A stretch of 64,000 nt of DNA, taken from assembly GCA_043228905.1 (NCBI GenBank), contig JBHGNT010000003.1, positions 310,001-374,000 of the forward strand. The letters are read 5' to 3'. Source of the stretch: Azolla caroliniana (taxonomy: Eukaryota > Plantae > Polypodiophyta). A model generated the notes under the pieces. It was not told the origin of the DNA and ran no database searches. It saw nothing but the letters and a program-made list of their open reading frames with translations. Positions 11,800-23,735 of the stretch are shown here, one piece after another; the stretch's first letter is position 1; every line of letters starts with the position of its first letter. The position numbers and the translations under genes were made by a program.

Positions 11800-14700
11800 A
11801 CGTGCGGGATAGGGGCCAAGTGGGTGTCCTGTTGGAGACAGATGATGGGCTGACGACCAACTGGGCCGTGGTCAAGGGGGTCTGCAGCCAGTTCGACAAA
11901 TGGCGAGAGTGGTGCAACGAGAAGTCGTTGGCGACGGGACCCACCCTGGCAAGGAAGTTCGACAAGCCTTCGCCGGCACAAAGGGAGGAAATCCAGGATT
12001 GTCTTTTAAACTGGCCCAGCGTCGACCGAAGCGGTCAAGGGCCCATTCGAGGGAGCGGCTCTTTAGGAGCTGACACAAATGGTGCGCGACCTACAAATTG
12101 TGCAAGCCTGAAGAGACAGTGGAGGGAAACCACGTGACTGAAGGCCACCGGCTGGACAACGGTGTATGTGGTGTGACGGGGTTGGGCATAGCCGGCGAGA
12201 TTGCGTGGAGTTTGCCAATGCCCTCAAGGGTAATGTGGTGTACCTATGGAACGGACAGGTGCACGCTGGTGATACTCGGAGAGAGGTGGAGACGAATTTC
12301 GGGCGTGGCAGGATGAAGCAGCTAATGGAAGAAGCGGAGGCGCGCCATGTGGAGGTCGTCCATTATTCAGCATCGGCCGGGATCCGGGTGGGAAGTGACG
12401 AAGACCGGAAAACGAAGGACTCTGGCTTCTGGCCCTCGATGCTAGAAGGCCTCTCTATCACACGACTTAAGAGGGAGGAAGAGAGTCGCGCAGAGCGGCG
12501 GGTTCGGGAGGTCATTGGATGGGACGATCCGGTTGAGGAGAAGAGCGGTCTCGTGGAAGCTGCGTGCCAAAACTATGAGGTTCTGGTAGAAGACAAGCGC
12601 ATGGGAAAGGCCAAGAGGTGTTGGGCCCTCACAGCGGTACGAGACCTGGTTCGGGAAGAAGCAAAACGATGCCGGTAACCCTGGCGCACCGGACAAAACG
12701 AAGCAAGCCGGTTACCGGCTAAGCACCGAGATTGAAAGGACAACGGACCTGCGGAAGGTTCTAGAAGAACAGATCCTCGACAGCAAGGTCGAGCTATCTT
12801 TGTGGGATGTGCTTGGGATCGTGAAGAAGGAATTCCATGATTCCATCGTAGATGTAGTGAAGCGCAAGCAGCTCTCTACAAGCCGGAACCGAAGAAGCTG
12901 GTGGAGGTGCGGAAGACGCACCTGGAGGATGCGGCCCTAGAAGACGAGTCAGCGGATAGCCACTACTCGAAGTTACACCGGGGTAGGGCCACCACGGAAA
13001 CCCCTGTCCGGATCAGGGATGTGCAGGAGCCGGTGGTTGCATTGATAGACCATGGTTTGCAGATAAACCTGATGTCCATGGACTTCTACAGGAAAGGGAA
13101 GTGGCCAATCAACACCAAGCACGGTTGGAAGATACGCGCGGCAACGCGCGCAATAGAGGAGTTGCACGGGGCGTGCCCGAATGTACGCGTGAAGATTGGG
13201 GATGTCGAGGTAGATCAACATTTCTTCGTGCAGGAGACGTCCTCGCACCCGGTGATACTCAACGAACCGTTCATTACGGCGGCACGCATGGAAACAAAGG
13301 TGCTTGATAATGGGTCGGCGTATGCGCGTGTAAGAAGCCAAGATGGACGACACTCCGTCCAATTCTTGACAGTAAGCCCGAACCATGAGAGGAACCGCGA
13401 GACCCTCGGCGGCGATAACGGAGGGGATTTTTAGAGAGGGCTATCAAGGTGTGGGGCCGTGATAGTCCGGGCACATTGGAGGAACCCCACACATGTACCA
13501 TAGGTAGGAAGTTTTGGTTCTCTGAGAATGGAGGTTGTACTTTAGCTAGCGTCATCGGTCGGGAAAGGAAGCGGGCGGAGGAATGGCTCAGGGTATGCGG
13601 AGTCCTCGCCCCCAATGAAGAAATTAACGGCGCTGTGGAGGCGGTCTCTTTTGACGACACCTTGGGGGTTTTACGGAAGGTGTTTAAAGAAGGCCTCAAT
13701 GGAGACCGGATGATCCCGGTTAGTTCCTTGGAGATGTACAAAGTCATCGCTAACTTCGGGAAAGGGGTCGGCTTTGACCGGATGGCCCGTGTGGATACCA
13801 AGTACAAGACTGTGGACTGGAAGGTGAGGCCAGTCGCATCAGACCCGAGTCTACGAGATCCGGCCGGCATAGGACACCGATTCACTAACACGACGCTATG
13901 GGAGCTCAAGGTCGGTAGGGGTGGGTTTCTACTACCGTCGGAAGACGACCGGTTTCAGAGGATGCTCGGGAGGCATGGAAAAGCCTTCGCATTCTCACTG
14001 GGGAAATCGGGTGCGTGGACCCGACAATCGTTGAACCAATGGTAATCTTCATGGTACCGCACATACCATGGAATCTCAAACCGATTTCGGTACCCAGAGC
14101 TCACATCCCAAAGTTGATGGAGCTACTGAAGCAGAAGGTGGAGATGGGCATCCTCGAGCCGTCGAGTGCCCCATATTCGAGCCAGTGGTTTACAGTGCCA
14201 AAGAAGAACGACATGTTGAGATTCATTCAGGACCTAAAACCGGTCAATAAAGTGACCATTCGAAATGCAGGTATCGGGCCGACCGTTGATGAATTTGAAG
14301 AGGCCTTCGCCGGAAGGTCACTCTATTCGGTCGGGGATCTATACTTAGGGTATGACCAATTCCAACTAGCCATGGGAAGCAGGGATATTACGACGATGCG
14401 AACCCCTCTTGGCCTAGTACGGATGTGTACCTTACCGCAAGGAGGGACCAACTCGGTGGCGCACATGATGAACGCTATGAACAAACTACTGAGGGACTGC
14501 ATCCCGAACATCACCATTCAATTCCTAGAAGACATCCCGATAAAGGGGTGTCCAGTGGAAGAGAAGGACGAGACGGTTCGGGCGGATGGATGCCAGAGGT
14601 TCGTGGCAGACCACGTCGAAGACTGCGAGAAGGTGTTATAGAGGCTTGAAAGGGCAAGGCTCACCTTCTCCGGAGAGAAGTCGGCGTCCGGGCAATCAAA

Positions 14701-14866
14701 GATCCTAGTAGTCGGGCACATGTGCGGGCCCTACGGCCGGAAACCGTCTCCGGCAAAGGTAGGGGCAATCTCCGTCATGAAAGAAGAATGTAGAATCAGT
14801 ACGGTGGTTGAAGGACGCCCTTGTCGCGGCGCCAACGCTTCGGAAAGCGGTTTACGGCAAGAACGT
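11800..14866 (+). mobile_element. gag-pol: Gypsy element C fragment: gag (zinc knuckle), protease, -1 frameshift, RT
   Basis: CMWCDGVGHSRRDC; LIDHGLQINLMS; GGATTTT-TAG at 13425-13434; LPQG...FLED. Short deletion at about 14793. Interrupted by element D at 14867. Confidence 0.9.
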
Positions 14867-15663
14867 TGTCGTGGAGAAAACCGTCCCTAGGCGGAATCAG
14901 AGAATATCGGGAGAATTGGCGGAGTGCATCATGTGTACTCAACCTTGAAAAAACGTGTGAATAGTAGGAGTCAAGTCGGGACAGAGATTCCCATGTAAGT
15001 CGGGATTCATCCCACATTGTAACGCATCCCTCTCCTTGTTCTATAAAAGGAAGGGAGCGCCCCTTTGTGAAGGGGTTGCCCATTTTGAGTCATAAGGGTA
15101 TACCATTTTGTGTTCTTTTCTAGGGTTAGCTACATTCTTTCTTTTCTTCTCTTTTTTTTTTCTTCCTCCTTCTCCTGCTCGAGGAGTCGAGCAGTAGCTA
15201 TGGCGGCAAAGCTGTTAGGTTAACCTCTCTTCTTCTGTGCGTAACTGGCTCGTAGCAATGGTTGTATTATTCCCCTTGCTCGGTCCCTTGTGCAAGACCC
15301 TGCTCGGCGCGACAGCCCGTGAGCTCCCCGACCGGCGGCTTGGCAACCGACTACGACTTTTACCTACCTTGGTTTGGCTTGAAGCCGGGGTAGTATTATT
15401 TCACTTGTAATATACATACTCTTGTTTGTCTATGCATATCGGTGTATTTGGTGGAGTCGGAAGCACAACCCCTTGCTTCCTGTGCATAAGAGTTGGCGAC
15501 GTGTGCACACACTCTCTTCTGTCTTCTCTCTCTCTCTCTCTCTCGTGTTCGGTTGCCTCCGGGACGTGTCTGGAATCGTCTTCTCGGCTTCCCTTCTTCT
15601 CTAGTCCGAGACCCTCGTGGTCCTGCCCCTTCTACACGCACACGCGTAACAATGCGACATATT

Positions 15664-15680
15664 TGGTGAACCCGACGTGA
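15664..15680 (+). promoter_or_regulatory. Primer-binding site, tRNA-Trp
   Basis: TGGTGAACCCGACGTGA is complementary to the 3' end of plant tRNA-Trp (..UCACGUCGGGUUCACCA). The same PBS occurs at 26811-26827, 27828-27844 (one mismatch), 42531-42547 (-) and 52535-52551 (-). Confidence 0.88.
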
Positions 15681-17949
15681 AGGGACGGCAAGGGAGAATG
15701 GAGCTGGAAGAAGACGACTTCGCGCAACTTTTTGTCGAAGCGGTGAGGGAGTTTGGATGAGCAACGGCAAGAAGAGAGACGACGCAACAAGCTGTCGAAT
15801 GCGTGGTCGAAAGAGTCGGCCGTTTCAACGGGGACAAGGTCCCGTACTACTTGGAAGCCTACAACGCGGAAATGGAGGAGCGAGATGTAGACGAGGCGTT
15901 GAGGCTGGAGTTCTTCTGTCGGGTCGTCGTCGTCCGTATGCACACAGAAGTGAAGGAGCTCCGAGAAGCTCATAGTTCGTGGGAGGCTTTCGAAGAGGCG
16001 CTCTTGCAGGCATATGGAGGACGTCGGAAGAGCTGAGGACGACGCGGCTTCGACCAGTAGGTTGCATCGGCGAAGACCCACCGGGGCGCAATGAAGGCGT
16101 TCTGAGAGTTCGAGCGACGGCTTGCTCGGCTCCCGGAGCGGGAACAAGGTTTGGTGGGGGCAGATAAAGTCCTGTTGTTCGTCAGGTCGATCGACCGAGC
16201 GGAACGGGAGGCCATCGGGATTGACGAAGACGAGGACGGAGCGAATGGCCTTACCGAGGACTGGTCGAAGGTCGGAAAGGTATGCCAACGACTAGATGAC
16301 GAGCGAGCCGAGAAGGCTAAGAGGAAGGAGCGCGACGACGTGCCATCACAACGGGAAGAGGCCGAATGTTAAAGAGAGTCGGCAAGGGCCGGTTTCGGGG
16401 CCAGGATTGCGGAGGCATACGCAACTCTCGAGGCGATGCTCGAGGAAGAGGAAAGATCGAGGCCGCGAGCCGAGGTTGAGGAGACAAACTTGCCCCACGA
16501 GACGGCAGAAGATCAGTACAACGGTACCACGAGAGAGGGTGCGGAACAAAACGCCCTCTTGACTTGCAGAGATAGAACGGCCAAGGACGAGGCCGAGATA
16601 CCGATCGCGGGATTGGAACATCGGGACCGGCGGGTTCGGGCACATCAGCCCGAGGCTCCGGACATTGGAGAAGCAAGACCAGGCGGGGCTTGCGCGATTG
16701 GTAAGGAGTCGACCATCGACCACGAAGAGCCGGTGGCTACGGACAAGGAGGGTGTAAAAAGGCCGGGTGATTCTACGCATCTTCCCGCACTTGCTCCCGA
16801 GACGATGGCAATCGAGCCCGAGTGCCCACATGAGTCCCTGGAGGAGGAAGGCGGCGGCGTAAGACCGAGAATCGCCGGCGAGACGATTCAAGGAGTGGAC
16901 AAGAGCTCTCGGAACCGATCCTGGAGAACTCGGCATTCGGGCCCTTACGCCCATGTGAGAACGAGGAGATGGATGACGGTATCGAGGAGTCCTGGCACGA
17001 TGCTAGCGAAGTTGGATGGGAGACGGCCCGTGAGAAGGTCGACGAAGGAACCATGAAACGATCCGACTGGGGACCGACCTGCGCGGCCCTCCGATTCGGG
17101 TGGGGCGCGATCCGGTCGTGGATTATTCGACAGGGGCCACAATTGGCATGAAGGTGCCGATACGAGAGAGGGGACGGAATGAGCCACCCTCTTTTACATG
17201 GGGAGAAAGACCAACTGGGCGAAGGTCGGGAATCGGGAAGAAGATGATCGACAGTACGGAATGAGTCCGGCAGGATCGGAATCGGGGCCGAAACTCTGGG
17301 CATTGGAGAATCAAGCCCAAGCGGGGCTTGATCGATCATAAACCGGATACTTTCCACCGACACCACTAAAAGGGTCGGTGGCCCCGGATGAGTCGTGGGA
17401 GTCGTTACGAAATCGGTTACCCCACATCTCGACCAGAGACTTCAGCAGTTCAAGCCAACGAGGCAACTGAGACCGAAAGAGATGGAAGATGGAGGCGGGA
17501 ACACAGTGAGGAGAGCGACGACGAGTTCAGGAGAAGTCCAAGGGATGAAGCGGAGAATGAAGACCGGTCCTATGGAGTTCCTTACACCGATCCGGCTGTC
17601 GGCGCGAGTGCCGGCGTGAGTCCTATAGGAGAGATCGGTGGCGACAAGAGAACGGAGCCCGAAAATCCAGAGAATGACGGACAGACAGACGAGAATCGGG
17701 CGGAGTGGACTTCCGGGTAACCATTCCGGAAGGGAGGAAGAGAGCAGGCCTATGAAGAGGCCGGAAACACGGTACGTCGGTACCAGGGGAGAGGGTGTGG
17801 AGCGAGCCACCATCTCGACTTGCGGAAGAAGGAAGACTCGGGATAAGGGTCAGAGATACGACAAGCCCGAGGAGGATCCTTCACACTGGTTCTACAGACT
17901 CCGGCGGTCGGCCTGAGAGCCGGCATGAGGCCTAGAGTGACGAATGGTG

Positions 17950-20900
17950 TGACAGTAATACACGCTCCCGATGAAAAACGCTCGGCCACAACCGAGGCTA
18001 GAATCAAACACAGAAAACGGGTAATGAACGCACGACACAGTGAAGAGAAGAGTACACAGGATGTTAATGTGGAGAACCCAAACTAGGGAAAAAAAACCAC
18101 GGCAGCCCACAGACAGCAAACTATCACTATATCACAATGTACAATAGTAAAGCACCGAGGCAATGACCTCGAGCTTGCTATGTTCGCCATAGGCGGTGGT
18201 TACAACAGAGGCAACGACCTCTTCCTCTCTCTCTCTCTCTCTCTGTACACAATTACGCACTCAAATCTTGCACCAACAAGAATGACAACTACTATCTTTT
18301 ACTGAGTTTGCCCTAAGTCATATTTATACTAATATGACTTTTCGGATATTTACAAATATAGCCCTGATGGACTCTCGGAAAACATATTTACGAATATGTC
18401 CCTTCATCCGGTGAGCTCTTCTCACCGGGCCTTCACCATCCGGTGCTTGCCAGGTATTCGTCATCCGGTTCTTCTCACTTCCCATCCGGAGGGACCTATT
18501 TCCTAACAAACTCCCCCTTCACTCCAGCATGGGATGTCTTACTAGTCCGATCCGCTTTCGACATGCATCCAACTTGTCAGGTAATAGTACTTTGCTCAGC
18601 TTATCTGACCCGTTCTCGGCCATGTGGATCTTCATCAGTGCGAACTCTCGATCTTCTACTCGCTCCCGGATCCAGTGATACTGACGCTGGATGTGCTTTG
18701 TCCTGGAGTGGTACGCTGCGTTCTTAGCAAGGTGGATGGCACTTTGACTGTCGCAATAGAGCCGATATTCATCTTGCTGGATACCGAGCTCTCCGATGAA
18801 GTGCTTCATCCATAGTATTTCCTTGCCGGCTTCCACAACCGCCATGTACTCTGCTTCCGTGGTTGACAACGCAACCGTCTTTTGCAGCCTCGACTGCCAC
18901 GAGACAACTCCCCCTGCATATGTCATTACATACCTGGATGTAGACTGGCTGGTATCCACATCAGCCGACTTGTCCGAATCGGTAAAACCGTCAAGTTGAG
19001 GTTTATCGGAGCCGAATCGGAGACACATGTTCGAAGTACCCTTCAAGTACCGGAGTATCCATTTGACCGCATTCTAGTGCTCCTTGCCGGAATTGCTCAT
19101 AAGCCGGCTCACCACTCCGACTGCGTATCTTATATCCGGTCGGGTACACACCATTGCTTACATTAAGCTCCCGACGGCAAAGGCATATGGAACCTTCATC
19201 ATATCAACCTTCTCTACTTTCGTCTTCGGGCTTTGCTTACCGGATAATCTGCAGTTTGCCGGGAGTGTTGAACCGACCGGTTTCGCTTCTAGCATGTTGA
19301 ACCGTTGAAGCACCTTTGTCACGTATTTCTCCTGTGACAGCCACAATTGCTTCGTTGGCCGGTTCTGTCTTGCCGGACCCAAGTCTTTCATTGCGAAAGT
19401 TCGGTTGAGAGCCTTCTTCAACATCCGTATTCAGGCTTGGTCCCGTCCGACGATCAACATGTCATCCACGTACAGAAGGAGTATCAGGAAGTTGCCTCCT
19501 TCGAACTTCTTCACAAACATGCAGTGATCGGCCTGCGTCTTGTGATACCCTTGATCGTTCATGAAGGAGTCAAACTTTCGGTACCATTGTTGGGCTCTTC
19601 TTCAACCGGCAAACCAGGGGCTCCTTCCCTTTCTCCACAAATCGTTTCGGTTGCTACATGTAGATCTCCTCTTCGAGGTCACCGTGAAGGAATGCCGTCT
19701 TCATGTCCAACTGCTCTACCTCGACGTCCATGCTTGCCGCTATACTCAGCACCGTCCGGATGGAGGTCATCTTTACTACTGGGGCAAATATCTCGTCGAA
19801 GTCCACACCCTTCTTCTGTTGGAACCCCTTCACCACGATCCTGGCTTTGTATCTTGGGGGGTGTCCGGCATCTCCCGGTTTCAACTTGTACACCCACTTG
19901 TTTCGGAGTGCCCGCTTTCCTTTCGGCAACTCCACCAATTCGTACGTATAGTTCTTATGCAGGGAATCCATCTCATCTTGCATGACACTTAACCATTTGC
20001 GGCTGTGGGTGTCATCCTTCGCTTCTTCGAAGCTTTCTGGCTCTCCCTCATCAGTCAACAACATATGCTCTTCATCCGGAAATCTCCGGGGGGGCCTTCT
20101 CTTTCTGAGAGGATATCTCCGTCTTTGGCTTTCGGCAACCGGCTCCTCTGTTTGTTCTTCATCCGAATCCGATTCAGGATCTTGGCTGGTTACGATTTCA
20201 GCTTCCTCTACTTCTTCTTCTGCTGGTTCGATATCCTCACCGTAACCGGCTGGTTCCTCGAGTGTCAACCGGCTCTTAGTCGGGTGTGTCCGAATCTCAT
20301 CGGAGTTCATTATCTTCTTCTCCAACACCCAATCGGCAAGAGTCTTGTCCTCCATGAAGATAATATCACGACTCCGGAAAGCCTTCTTGTCAACCGGATC
20401 CCACACTCGGTAGCCGAACTCATCATCGCCGTATCCGAGGAATATGCATGGCCGGGTCTTTGGATCCAACCTTCCTCTTGGGTCCTTAGCAACATGCACG
20501 TACGCGAGACACCCGAACACCTTCAGATGCTTGTAGGACACTTCCTTACTGGTCCACACCTTCTGCTGTGTGTCTCCATCCAAGGCACTGAGGATGATCT
20601 GTTTATCACATACGTCGTTGTCGACAACGCCTCAACCCAAAACGTCTTGGGTAATTTTGCAAGCGCCAACATACTCCGAACCCTTTCCATTATGGTCTGG
20701 TTCATCCTCTCGGCCAACCCGTTTAGTTCCGGCGTCTTCGGCACGGTAAATTCGAGCTGGATTCCCTTCGAGCGACAATACTCCTCGAACTGCCCCCCGT
20801 ATTCACCTCCGTTATCTGCTTAAACCGCCTTCAGCTTCCGGCCGGTTTCTCTTTCCACTCTTGTGTGGAGCTCTTTGAAGACGGATAGCACCTGATCCTT

Positions 20901-23735
20901 CGTCTTCAACGGTGTGGCCCACAGCTTCCGGTTGTGGTCATCTATGAACGTCACGAAGTACTGTGATCCGGTATGTGACTTCATGTCCACTTGACATACA
21001 TCAGTATGCACCAACACCAGTGGTGCATTACGTCTCATCGGTGGCCTCGATCGGAAGGAGGTCCGATTTTGTTTACCGGCCAGAAAATCAGTGCACTTCT
21101 CCAAGTGCACGTTCTTTACTGGAATGAGGTTGTCGTCTGCAAGCCTCTTCATCCCCTTCTCGCTCATGTGACACAGCCTCTTGTGCCACAACTCACCGGT
21201 AGTGTTGGAAACCATGTTCACTTCTTCCGGGCATAACCAGGCATTCATCATCCGGGCCCGAGCCACAATCAGGCTCCCTTTGCTGAACTTCATAACACCG
21301 TTCCGGATGCTACCCGTGTAGCCTTCATCATCTGGACGACTAGCTGATATCAGGTTCAGATGAACCTCCGGAAGGTGTCAGACATCCTTCAGCAGCAACT
21401 TGCATCTGTTTGGTGTTGTCAACCACACGTCTCATATGCCGACAATTCGGCATGTGGCTTCATTCCCCATCTGGACACAGCCATGATCACCGGCTGAGTA
21501 GGATGAGAAGCATTTCCGGTTCGGGGTAAGGTTGAACGGCGCTCCAGAGTCGACCACCCAGACCATCTCGTCGCCGGCAAGGTTTAGCTCACTCTCCTCG
21601 GTGATGAGCATCAACTCTTCTTCACTTGCCGCGATTGCCGTCGTTCCCTTCCGGTCCGTTCCCCTCCGGTGTCCGCTTCGAATCGGTGCCGTCGGTTTCC
21701 TTGTCTTTTCGGAAGTGCCGACAGTTTTTCTGGAAGTGTCCCGGCTTGCCGCAATAGAAGCAGGTAGGCCTCCCCCTTGACTTTGACCGTGTCCCCGACT
21801 TCTCCCAGTTTTGGGGACTACGGTTCCTTTGTCTTCCGCGTTCCGATTCGGTAATGAGCGCTTTGGAGTCGGAGTTCGTATCCTTGTCTTTCTGACGCGC
21901 CTCCTCATCTAGCAAGCTCGACTTCACTCTTGCCAGGGATAATCGTTTCCCTTCCGACCCGGCGTTGCCCAAAGTGACAACCAATGTCTTCCAGCTATCC
22001 GGGAGGGAACCGAGCAGGAGTAGCGCTAGTACCTCATCGGCGAGAGGTACTTCCAATGATGTTGCCTGGTGTATCAGCCCTTGGAAGGCATTCATGTGCT
22101 CCGCCATGCTGGAGCCATCTTGGTACCCAAGTCTTACTAGCTTCCAAAATACCGAAACCTGATTAACAACATTTTTGTTTTGAAACATAATGCCGATCTT
22201 CTCCTAGAGCTCATGAGCCTTGCTCTCTTCATTGAAGTTGTTGTATAGACTTATGTCGATGAAGCACCGTATGTACGCCGTTGTCTTCATGTGCATCACC
22301 TCCCATATTGTGGCATCGATTCTGTCTGGTCTCTTGTCCCCGAACTGAACCGGCAACCAAAGATATTTAACCACGAGCATGTCCCTCATCTTCGACTTCC
22401 ACACGGAATAGTTGGAGCCGGTGAGCTTGAACATGCCTCCCAACGAATCGTCCATTTTTCTGTGTCGTTTTGCTTTGATACCAATTTGACAGGAATACAC
22501 GTTGTCGCGTTATTACGTGCGTGCGTGTAGAAGGGCGGGACCACGGGGGTCTTGGACCGAGGAATAGCTGAGAAGGAGGAGAACAGAAAGGCGGCGGACG
22601 CACTTGCACATGCACAGACGCGGGAGCACACAGGAATCACAGTCCGACAACACAACAAAACGAGACGACTAGAAGTCCGAGTATATGAACGCGTATGTAT
22701 ATAAATATATAAACATATATCAAGACGGTTACAACTAACAAGCCGGCAAGGCGAACACCAACGCCTGTTCACTCACACAGAGAACAATGAGATGGAGACT
22801 ATGCCGTAAGCACACGGGCGTTCCACGGAACAGAGTCAGCCTTCCGAAAACTTGTGCAAAGCAAATACGGAGAAAGAAGGAGGAGGAGAGCTCGGTTCCA
22901 GTCCGACAGCACTTCGTCCTCTACAAAAGTGATCCCTTTTGCATCCCTCTCCCTCTCTTTTATAGCCCAAGGAGGGAGGCCGTTATCATCCGTTACATCA
23001 TATTAATTCTCTGTCCTTTCGGACAGAGATACACCTCGATTCTCTCCCTATTGAATGCGTGCTACCTAGGATTTCACCTCAGCCGACTTGTACCTACCTA
23101 CTTACTATACAACGAAAAAGGTGCTCGCGTGTAAGGGCCGGTTTACACGCGCTAAACTCAGTTTTCGCCTAGGGACGGTTTTCTTCACGACAACGCTCCC
23201 GATGAAGAACGCTCGGCCACAACCGAGGCTAGAATCAAACACAGAAAATGGGTAATGAACGCACGACACAGTGAAGAGAAGAGTACACAGGATGTTAATG
23301 TGGAAAACCCAAACTAGGGAAAAAAAACCACGACAGCCCACAGACAGCAAACTATCACTATATCACAATGTACAATAGTAAAGCACCGAGGCAACGACCT
23401 CGAGTTTGCTATCTTTGCCACAGGCGGCGGTTACAATAGAGGCAACGACCTCTTCCTCTCTCTCTCTCTCTGTACACAGTTACGCACTCAAATCTTGCAC
23501 CAACAAGAATGACAACTACTATCTTTTACTTAGTTTTCCCTAAGTCATATTTATACTAATATGAGTTTTCGGCTATTTACAAATATAGCCCCGATGGACT
23601 CTCGGAAAACATATCTACGAATATGTCCCTTCATTCGGTGAGCAATTCTCACCGGGCCTTCACCATCCGGCTCTTGCCGGGTGCTCATCATCCGGTTCTT
23701 CTCACTTCCCACCCGGAGGGACATGTTTCCTAACA
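17950..23735 (-). mobile_element. gag-pol: Ty1/Copia (Tnt1/Tork-like) full-length degenerate element; 3' LTR 17950-18508, 5' LTR 22487-23735
   Basis: TSD TGGTG/TAGTG; PBS tggtatcaaagc 22472-22483; PPT 18510-18520. Order gag(CFYCGKPGH)-PR(VVDSGA)-INT-RT(YVDD)-RH(CDSQSA). Multiple stops and frameshifts. Confidence 0.95.
22503..23192 (-). repeat. Gypsy solo LTR inserted in the 5' LTR of the Copia element
   Basis: TGTCG...CACGACA ends; TSD ACGT/ACGC. Removing it restores the Copia LTR seen at 17950. Similar to the LTRs at 45600 and 60831. Confidence 0.92.
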
